DNA of 64,000 nt from Schizochytrium sp. TIO01 (taxonomy: Eukaryota; Protista; Bigyra: Labyrinthulomycetes), in contig SMSO01000014.1 in assembly GCA_004764695.1 (NCBI GenBank), forward strand, positions 305,648 to 369,647, read 5' to 3'. The notes under the pieces are model-generated. The model saw nothing but the letters and a program-made list of their open reading frames with translations. It was not told where the DNA came from and did no database searches. The translations under genes and the position numbers were made by a program. This document shows, piece by piece, positions 54,478 through 64,000 of the stretch. How positions within the stretch are numbered: the first letter of the stretch is position 1; every line of letters starts with the position of its first letter.

Positions 54478-57067
54478 GATGTGAAGTTTTCCGGCGTTCC
54501 GTATTTGTTTGCTTTGGCCCAGCGCGCCGCAGCTATTATTATTATTATTACTATTATTCTTTGACTGCCTGAGACGATTTGGGTTTTGCTTTCTTCTAGC
54601 GAGAATGGTCCGTCCAATGCACGTTTCTGTGTCTTTATCCTGTCAAAAGCGTATCGGAACCACCTTCCTAGTTAATGCTTTCTGATTGCTAGTATCACTA
54701 GTATGCTGAGCGTGGAATTTGGGAGAAGCCCTTGCTTGCTTACTTATGTGTAAGTGCGCGGCCCTTCAGCCAATCAGCCAACTTGCACGATTTCCAATCA
54801 ACCAACTGTACCAGTGGAGTACTAGCTGGCAACTCAATCAATCGACCAAATGGTTGTTTGGTTGGCACTTGCAAAGACAATTTCCCAGTTCCTTCTCCCT
54901 TTCCACTTTCCCCCCAAAAGATGATGCAGTGCTGACTCACCGTCAACGCACTTCAATTTCTGAAAGCCTTTTCCTTTCTCCTCTACGACTGCTTCTTATT
55001 TGCTTGAGTAGTATCTACTAGGTAGCACCTATCACCAGCTTGTGAAAGGGGCGAACTAACTAACTCACTCACTCCAAGTTCTACCGCCCGCGAGAGGTAC
55101 CAAAGCGCTGGCGTTCTCCAGCAAGCCAACGAGACGATCCCAGTCTACCAGAACCTCGCTAAAAGCTGTCCGAGTGAGGATGCAAGGTTCTCCACCAACA
55201 CAAGCCCGAGTATTGGTACGTACTCCTCAGCCCTGATCGACAAACGATTCTCGAAACTCGGCCCTGAATAGCTGAATGAGTCACTCGGAACGAATGAAGA
55301 AAAAGTGAATGTAAGAAGTTTGAGCAATAGGATGAGAGGTTCTTCTGCTGCTGGCTAACAACAAGAATGAACAAAAGTCAATACAACTGCAGTGGTCGAA
55401 GCCACCAAAAAGGCCTGACCGTCACAATGCACGCCGTACCTTGGTTTGATCTTCCGTGCTACGTTTCCCTCAAGCTGCTTACTTTTTCCCCAGCAGCACC
55501 TGCAGCAAACGCTGCCTAATCGATCCACAAGTATTCGCCGCACGTGCACAGACCAAAGTATGTGCTTGTTAATGTCTCTCTTACTTAAAACTATACAAGT
55601 CCCTGTGCTTTTGATGTTTGCAGGTGATTTGTAGAAGATATAGGTGATTGCAAGTTACGCAAATTGTGCAAGGGAGTTCAATCGATTGGCGGCTTCTTTG
55701 GTTGTATCGCTATCGCCCTTCAATTTGGTGGTCAACCTTGTCGTCTACGGGCCAGCGTGAATCAGCAATTTAATTGATCACTTACCTGCTGGCTCGTGCC
55801 GGTCTTGGTCCCGGTGCCTCTGACCGACACCTCTATATATCACCTAGGAGCTCTTAACCAGGCGCCGCCTGCTTCCAAGCAGCCACTTTGGCGCCCAGTT
55901 TTGCAGGTCACCGAGTTAAGCCCCGATGCCTTTGTGGCTTTGTCCGCAGCTCGACAGCTCCACCTGCTCTTCAAAGCCTGCGTCGTCTCCTCGATATTCA
56001 CTCTGGAAGAATGGCAACAGGCCTTCAACTAGTCTTCGAGTTCTTCTCAAGAACCAATCCTATCTCCTGTCCTAGGCGTTCTCTGTGCTACCAACAAGTA
56101 GAACGGGAGGAAAAAGGAACGACTCGGAAGCTCTAACGCAAGAGCTTCTAGCTGCTAGTACTGGCTAGCCTTTGCTATAGGATCCACGGTTTCCTAGCCA
56201 GATAAGGCGAGAAAGAAGAGGTTACTTACTTACTTACTTCCTTCCTTACTGCCAGAGCCTTCAGTCTCTAGCTAGAGAATGAAAGAAGAAGAACGATCTT
56301 CGCACCTATGCTCGGCAAGCTGTCAGAATGGCAGCGTGGAATTAGGTGACTGCTTGCGTGCTGGCCCAAAGTTCCTCGCTGGCCTTTACTTACGGGTTTT
56401 ACGGCCGCAACGTCTGGAGGGCCAATGTCACCTTTTCGTACGCGTCTTATTTCTAGTTCTGGGCTCCTGACGGTTTACTCGATTTGATCTATAGCTCTAC
56501 GTGCCTTCGTAGGTATTACTCGCAATTATTGAATGAGTGAACGAATGAATGAATGTTATTGTTATGAAGTCCTTGTTTGCTCTTGATGTTCTCCAACGAG
56601 AGCTTGGATGCTCGACGAGGCTGTCGCTCAGGCGGCAGCTTTGTCGCGTGACTCCTGCAAATACCTCTACGACGCGTCCTTCGACGGTGCTGCTGGGCTC
56701 TGTCGCCTTGATGTCAGCACTTGCTTGACTTCGATGCGCTGCTTCGAGTTTTGCCTTGGAGTTCTTCTTCTGGTGTAGAAGCAGCAGCAGCAGCAGTATA
56801 AACAGGAGCAGCAATCAGTTGAACCTCTCGAACAAACTCGACGACTCGTCGCAGCTTCAGAGACCGCACGTGGCTCTGCGGCGCTCCTCCAACTCCTCCT
56901 TCAAGTTACGGACTGCTGGCTCAACTCGCAAGAGGTTGCCAGGTTTGTGAGGTGGACTTGGCTTTGGAGATGATGGCGCGAATGGCGGCGACGGAAACCC
57001 AAGCAAACGAAAGTACAACACTCTGTAAAGAATCCAACAGTGTGTTCCTTCTTAAAAAGCAATCAGG

Positions 57068-57100
<33 letters not shown>
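57068..57100. repeat. (TCAA)n microsatellite
   Basis: About 8 copies of CAAT. Confidence 0.9.
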
Positions 57101-57101
<1 letters not shown>

Positions 57102-57374
57102 ATAGATCAACTTCACTTCACGCAGCACTTTCAAACTATCCGAAACTAATAAAGCCACTCGCCACCGCGTGGTGGCTGCGGCCTCAGTCTCGACAGCTCA
57201 GCTCTGCAATGTCTTCAAGCACCAGGAACTGTAAAGAGCTCTCAATGAATATCAATGAGCAGCTCACCGTGAGGCTCGAAATGCGTTGTGCACCTTTGTG
57301 TCCGCCCAATAGGAATCGGTTACTCTTCAATAAGTGCCTCTTTGGGTCTGAATCTGTTCTTTCTTCTCTCCCCC

Positions 57375-57471
57375 CTTACGTACTTACGTAGATACCTACT
57401 TACGTAGATACCTACTTATGTAGATACCTACGTACGTAGATACGTACTTACGTAGATACGTACTTACGTAG
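57375..57471. repeat. 16-bp minisatellite CTTACGTAGATAC(C/G)TA, about 5.5 copies
   Basis: Units start at 57383, 57399, 57415, 57431, 57447 and 57463, with 0-2 substitutions each. Confidence 0.92.
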
Positions 57472-60400
57472 AGGGGGGTAAACTTGATAGAAGAACATTG
57501 TTCTTTTGAAAGGGAAAAGAAAAAAGAAGAAAAAAAAGTTTCATGGAAGTGCGAACGCGGAAGAAAGAAGGCCAAAAGTGTGCGCGCAATCGCAATGAGG
57601 GAATATTGTAGAATTGAGCAGAAAGAAAGTATGAAAGAAAAGAACTCACAACTTAGTTGAGGTTTCGAAAGCCGACTTGACCAGGCCACGCAAATACCTG
57701 CAGGATTCGTCCACCGTTACTCTCAATGTATGAAACCCACGCAACGCTCACATATAATTATCAATTCATCTGCAGAGGGCTTAGACAGACATATGCTGTA
57801 GCTCCTCTTCCATGATGGCCTGCCACTCCTACATTCTGCTAATGTTTAATCTATGAGGCCGTGCCCTCTGCCTCCTTCCAATCTCGTTTGACTGTGTGGG
57901 TGAGAGATAGGTTAGTAACTTGTCAATAGCACTACTACGCGTGGCACGGTAGTGGGAACTAGCCTAGTGCTAATCCTGTAACAATGTATCTATCCTAGCA
58001 CTAGTTAGGTTTAAAAAGAAAAGATTTTAATAAAATTTGTTTTAAATTATTAACTTGTAAAAAATTGATGATGCAATACTTTGGGCCAATCGAGTTTCAG
58101 GATTCTTGGAGATTCCCTCAAGCTCAAAAGAGCCAAAGGCTTTCTTGTCAAATGACCCAACCTTAAGCCAGATAGACCCGTGTCGTTCATGATCTCTCCA
58201 GAATGCCTCCGCCCAAACGTGTCCTAATGGTTACTCACTATCTTTGCGATGCTCTTCGAAAAGCGCTTTTTTCCCGAGTAGATAGATATGATGCTATAGT
58301 ACGCACCAGGCTGACTAGCCACAGCTAACCAACTACTACCACCCCATCAGACAGTCATAGTCGTCTCTCTCTTCTAAAGACAACAACGCCCTCGCCGGCA
58401 ATGCATGCCGCCGCTCAATCGCTCCTTCAGCCTCCACTTGCGGAAGAACTGCGCGCGTTTCTGCCGTCGGGCGCTGTCCTTCTTTCGAGCTCGCTCCGGG
58501 TCCTTCTCTGCGCTGCACTCTCGCGAGCGAGCGCCAATGCGGTCTCTACTTCCCTGCCAGAGCCTGCCGAGTTCTTGACGTGCCGGTCTCTCGTTCTATC
58601 GATCTATCACGACGCTCATCAGTCGATGTCGCTCTCGGCGGTGATCGCCACCCACTTGCACGACCCGATCATCCTCGCTTCGTTCAAAGATCCCCTGATT
58701 CACAATGGCCGGTGCGTGAATGGGTGCGATCTTCAACGAGCTTGTTCAAGTCTTCAACGAGCCTGTTGACGTTCGTTCATCCGCCATTGCGCTGCGGATT
58801 GTGACGCTAAACACAAACACGATCATTGCAATAACCAGTCTCATCTTTCCTGACGTATCTCCCTCAAAGTCGCACACACACACGCACGCAGACAGACAAA
58901 CAGACAGGTCGTTCTCAAGCCGCAAGAGCCGCGTCTTTGCTCATTTGCTGCCACATCAAAGTCGATCGTGGCCTTCGCCACGTCGAGGAAGCCTGTCAGC
59001 CCTGTAAATAAATCTTTGGGGACTGGCGTGGGACGTGGCCTTCGAGTGCAGCAAATCGTTTCTCAATCACTCACTCAGTTACTCAATGAGTGAGCCAGTG
59101 AGTCGGTGGAAAAAGGGTTCTGCAAATCTAAGATCGCCTTTCTCAGGTCTTCAAGTTCTTGTCCAGACGTTAATGATCTAAGCAAGCTCAGAACCTCAAG
59201 CAAGCTCTCGCAGACTTGGATGGCTGGCTAATACCACGCGGCGACTTGGCGTGCCGACCGTTCACGTGAAGTTGGGCTTGCAAGTAAGTATATTGGCCAC
59301 CCATTAAAGCATCGCTGGAGGCTTTGGTTTCGTTTGGATATCTTGCCTGGCAAAGTCTGAGAATTTTGCCGCGCTGGCACTGGCCTAGTAGGCACTACTA
59401 GTAGCTAGCTATTAGCTCATAGCTATTAGCTCATGGAGATGGAAACCAGCTGGCTAAAGAGCGACGGCGCGAGCGACTTCAAGATCGACAGGGGCGATGA
59501 GATGACATCGACCAACAGTGAGAGTCGAGAAGGAAAGAAACTATCGAGGCGGCTTGCTAGACCGACCTTCCTTCCTGTGAAGGCCTCTCAAATCCAAGCA
59601 GGCATTCGTTGCTTCATTGGGGAACTCACTTCGCAACTCGTCGCCGTACAGTCAAAGAAGTAAATCTAGCAAACCATATGTACAACTAACATAAATACGT
59701 GAGTATATCCACCATCATAATTATCGTCGGCGTCTCTCCAAGAACAGCCATAATCCCAGCATGCATTATGATCATGACTAGCGTGCTCTCCTTTCTTTGA
59801 CTCCTTGATCGTGCATACGTGCTTCGCACATACATCATGCCGGTCATCTGTCCCGTATTGTAGAGAGAACGCAATTGATCTGGTGTCATTATCACGTTCA
59901 ACTCCAGACTGCCTTGACTTTGATCTTGAAGTTGAAGTTGAATGAAATGCTACGTAGGCTTCTACTTACCTAATTGCCTAGTAGTAGGTAGCCTAGCTAG
60001 GTACAACATCAACACGCTCGTACACACCATTTTGTGGCAATTAATTAATTGTGACGAGCCTGTGCTCTCACCACACTGAGCAGACCGCGATGCACCTGTT
60101 GCAAGGAGCTGTCGCTGCGATTTTATCTGCCATCGCTGTAGGCCTTTTCCGTGCTTTCGCTGTAGTCCGCCATCCAAAATTGCAGCTACAGCACCGAATT
60201 GCGAGAACCGTGCCCAAAGCTCCGTCGCTTACGGTCCATGTTTGAGCTCAAGAGCTTGAATTTTGTGCTTGTCTCAAAGTCCACGCAGAATAAAATGAAT
60301 GGACGGCTGTCACGCGTCGATCCAGCCCCCAGAAGACCGTGGCGTTGGCGCTCTCGCCGATCACTCACACCTCCTCGGCCGCCCCAATAAGTAAGCACTC

Positions 60401-63400
60401 TACGTATTCAAGTCGCCCATCCCGAGGCTCAAGATCGCCAACCAGCTGGCAGAGGAACTCGTGTTGTTGTTCTTCCTCGGTACGATCATCACGATTAGAG
60501 AATGCAATCCACTGACCGAGGAGTGCTCCATCTCCACGCCGCCGAAGATGTCTTCTGCGGGCTGTGCGATGATTGACCTTGCCGGCGATCTCGGCGGCGA
60601 TCTCGGCGGCGATCTCGGCCTTCGATCGAATGGTCCGCGTCAAATCGCAAATCAGTCCGAATTCGCCAGCTTGGTCGCGCGGTACTACCCCAGATCCAAC
60701 TTGCTTTGAGCCGTCTGAAAGCTCGCTTTGGACCGCCTTCCACTTCTTCGCCCTTCTTCACTCCTCCCTCGTGCTACGCAGGTGCTTTGAACAGGTAAGT
60801 CAGTTGTTTCGCTGCGTTCTTTGCCGCACTCATCACATCGCGAGCGAGTTTCACGCGGAAGCGGAGGCGGTGGCAGCGTTCGCTTAACTTTTCTAAGTGT
60901 ACATATATATCGAAGAAGATCCTTCAAGTTCCCAAAGAAAACTTTCCCAAGAGCGTCCAGTCTACACAGAGACGAGAAGCCAATGCAGATCTTCTCAAGC
61001 TCAACCGGGCAAAGCGATCTTCCTCAGCTGGTCGCATCAAGCTTTCAACAACCCAGCTGTAACTAGCGTCTTCTTCAATTGCCTGCCGCGGCTTATCTAT
61101 CTCCCTTCGTTCAGAAGTGGCGAAGCAAGCACTACTCCTTTCATTTGTTGATTCATTCACTTTTATTCATTTATTTTAATTTAATTTAATTTAATTTAAC
61201 TTCTTTTTTCAAAGTTAAAAAATATATACGTCATTAAAATATATTACAAGCCTCTATTAGCCATTGATGGTGAGAAGGTTTACTTACCATCTTTTCTTAC
61301 AATTAGAGAAAACCCCTGGGGGCTAAGAGGCGCATAGGACCTCCTAGCTGCCCGTGAACAGGCGAGGCACTTAAAAGAAATACCAAAAGGCCTCTCCGCG
61401 CCACCATTGAATCCGAATTCAGAGACAGCGTCGGACCCCATGAAATTCGCCGTTGCGTTCCTCATTCTCTTTTTCAGCCGTCTCTGCGACGAGACGAGAG
61501 GAGACGAGGGGTGCTTCTTCCCCCGTCTGCTTTCATCGCCTCCCTCGTCCACGCGGTTGCAGTAGACAACCACGCGAGCGTACGAACTTACTTGCAGACA
61601 TCCAGACAACCAAACCAAAAAACTTTCTTCTTCATCAACAGATAAAATGTGTACTAAATGAATGAATATGAATTCCGAATTTCAGGCTCACACAAGCCCG
61701 CGAACCAGGCTAGCTCGCTAGCAATCAATATCCATCAATCAATCACAGCCACGCTCAATTCCATCGTCGATGCTGGAGAGCGAGCGACCTGGACACAGCC
61801 CACAAGGACCGGGTCTGCCTGCAGTGGAGAGAGCCTCAAGCCCGTAGCTATGCAGCATCCAAATGAATGAAACCATCACTCGTCCATTCATTCTTCTCTT
61901 CTGTATTCATTTTCTCATGCACGCCATGTGCGGAAGCTGAGTGACCTGGTCACTCGTGAGAGCTTTGCAGCGGTAAGCCTTAAGGTCAGCAGGCCCATCG
62001 CGCAGCGCCGCCGCGCCGTGGATCCAACTTGCCTGCCCTCGCTCGCTCCGTGCTATCTCTGCAGCCTCGAGGGTCGTACTCAACACCAGCAGCGAGGCAG
62101 CCAGCTTCGCACGCGAGCAGTGCAGCAATCAATGCATGCATGGATGCATGGATGCCATCAATCAATTTGTCCATCATGTCTTCAAGTCCAGATACGTGAA
62201 TGAATGAATCAATCAATCAATCGAGGAGTCGATCAATCAGGCAAGCAAGCAAGCAAGCAAGCAAGCAATTTGCCGAACCTTGTCGTCGTGCTCGCTGCCG
62301 TGTCCACGCCTTGGCCGCGTGGAGGCTGCGTGCTCTAAATTCTCGAGCTCTTGGTTTGTTCTGCACGCACGTGTAAGCAGGCAGCTTTGTCCTCCTCAGC
62401 TTGTTCCCAGCCAAGCAGGTGAACGTCGTGGTAGGCGCCCTTGAAGCCAACCCCCGTTTGCGTGACATGCACGCACCATCCTGCCCAGCGCCGTCCAGCT
62501 TGCCCTTGCCAAGCCACTCCGGCCATTCGCACTCGAGCTTGCTTCGCTGCTCTGACGAAAGAAGAGGTCCTCTCGATCCCTTTCCCATCTTGCACCATTT
62601 CATTTCATTTCATTTCATTTGCTCCTTGGACATGCATCCTCAGCTCGAGGATCTGTCTTCGTTGGAGTCTTCTCTTCTTCGCCTCAGCAGGACGACGACC
62701 ACGACCACGAGGTGCTGCTTCCCTGTCCGGCGAGCGGCCGAGAGGATGGACGAATGAATGAATCAATTGATTGATTGATTGACAACATGCGCCGCCGCTC
62801 ACGCCGCTGACACGGCCGGTTCCTGTGTCCTTTTCGATACTTAATTGGTGTGGCCTTGCTGCCTACAAGTCGCACGCGGAAGAGCTCCACCACCACCACG
62901 ACGACGACGTCGACGTCGACGATGACGGCGGATTGGCCAAGATAGGGGACCAGCATTAATCTAGCTTGATAATCAATCTATCAATCTGGGAGCGAATGCT
63001 TCTTCGAAGGCCTCACCGTCGCCGGTATCGTCGTCGAAACATGGGCGTTGTATAATTTGATTATTGGTTGTTGGACTCGCGTCGAACCTGAATTTGCCAT
63101 TTAGCTCCAGCTTCGAGCAGGTCATTGCTTGGCATCGCCTTCGACGGCCAGGTCCTTCTTGCTTGCTTGGCAAGCCTGTTGTTGCCTTTTTCCAAGTTGG
63201 TCAGGGATGTTGGATCTTGGCGGGTGCTTTTCATCGCGAAGAATGGAACTCGCTGCAGAAGACCTCCAAGATCCACGGCCAGGTCGGGGCCGGCCAGCAA
63301 ACGGCAAAGCGAGCGGTGTATTCGCAACGCGGTTTACAGAATCCATCTCTTGAAAGCTTCTCCTAAGCAACTTTAGTTTTTGCTCCACCTACAATATATT

Positions 63401-63445
63401 GAAAACAATCAGAAAAGGAACAAAACAGAGATTGCAAAATAAGCG

Positions 63446-63608
63446 ATACAAACAAACAAACAAATAAACAAATAAACAAATAAATAAACAAATAAATAAG
63501 AGAGATAAAAGAAAGAAAGAAAGAAAGAATAAATAAATAAATAAATAAATAAATAAGAGAAATAAATAAATAAATAAATAAATAAATAAATGAATAACTA
63601 AATAAATA
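63446..63608. repeat. Compound (AAAC)/(AAAT)/(GAAA) microsatellite
   Basis: About 160 bp of mixed A-rich tetranucleotide arrays. Confidence 0.9.
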
Positions 63609-64000
63609 GCGCAAGCACGAAGTAACTCACCTCCTTCGACCTCTTCTTTCTATTATTCAGCTAGCTAGACAAAGAAAGCTCGAGGGAGAAAGCTCGCAAC
63701 CGCTGCGCCATCGACGCCAGGCGGGCACCCGAGCTGACAACACGCGGTCTGCACGCCACAACTTCGCTGCTCAGGTTTCCGCAACGTTTTGGTCTGCACG
63801 TTTTGGAGTCTCGCCTCGTTTGTCTCATCGTTCGTTCGTTCGTGCCGTGGTCAGTCAGCTCAAGGAGCACAAGAATTGCTTGCTTCACTTCTGCGCTCCT
63901 TTTGGGTGAAAGAACCCGAGGCCAGAGCAGCAGCAACCCGAAACTACAGAACAAGCAGCGCTCGGCTGGGCAAAAGACCTCGTCGGCGAGTGGTGTCTAC

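Noticed and set aside
60581-60620. 12-bp x3 repeat GGCGATCTCGGC (AEIA repeats)
   Set aside because: A real but trivial tandem duplication with no supporting ORF.
61016-63215. LRR-like scraps (LPQLV..NN..TS at about 61020; IPDQLGK / SLTNLEKGNNRL at about 63170-63210)
   Set aside because: They need multiple frameshifts or overlapping frames and cannot be told from chance by eye.
1-64000. Viral (mirusvirus/NCLDV/polinton) insert, transposase, or PUFA-synthase cluster
   Set aside because: No hallmark genes, terminal repeats or abrupt gene-dense foreign block were seen; all recognisable genes are ordinary eukaryotic cellular families.

Overview
This is eukaryotic nuclear DNA: intron-poor, long single-exon ORFs separated by intergenic spacers rich in tetranucleotide microsatellites, poly-A tracts and short GC-rich islands. 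Gene content and style suggest a flagellated stramenopile, most likely a thraustochytrid (Aurantiochytrium/Schizochytrium-like); this taxon call is inference. Twelve protein-coding genes are called: a membrane metallophosphoesterase, a Zn-independent MDR oxidoreductase, a TMEM237-like protein, DRC7/CCDC135, a 3090-aa TPR-DENN-PH protein, a Par3/HAL-N-like plus EF-hand-like repeat protein, DGAT2, a SAM-START-coiled-coil protein, a small coiled-coil protein, a UBL-WLM-PUB (Wss1-like) protease, a myosin and an EXS/ERD1-like protein. One further short ORF is uncertain. I found no rRNA, tRNA, CRISPR array or intact mobile element, and no clear-cut novel multi-gene system. The best leads are (i) unusual domain architectures (TPR-DENN-split PH; SAM-START-unnamed domain-FAGRGG repeats), (ii) a probable 1-nt frameshift hiding the true C-terminus of the SAM-START gene, (iii) a recurring class of TAG/CTA/GTAC-rich hairpins and a shared GCGATCGATCAATC motif at intergenic GC-island borders, and (iv) possible decayed gene relics in gene-free stretches. 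All domain calls come from motif recognition by eye, not database searches.
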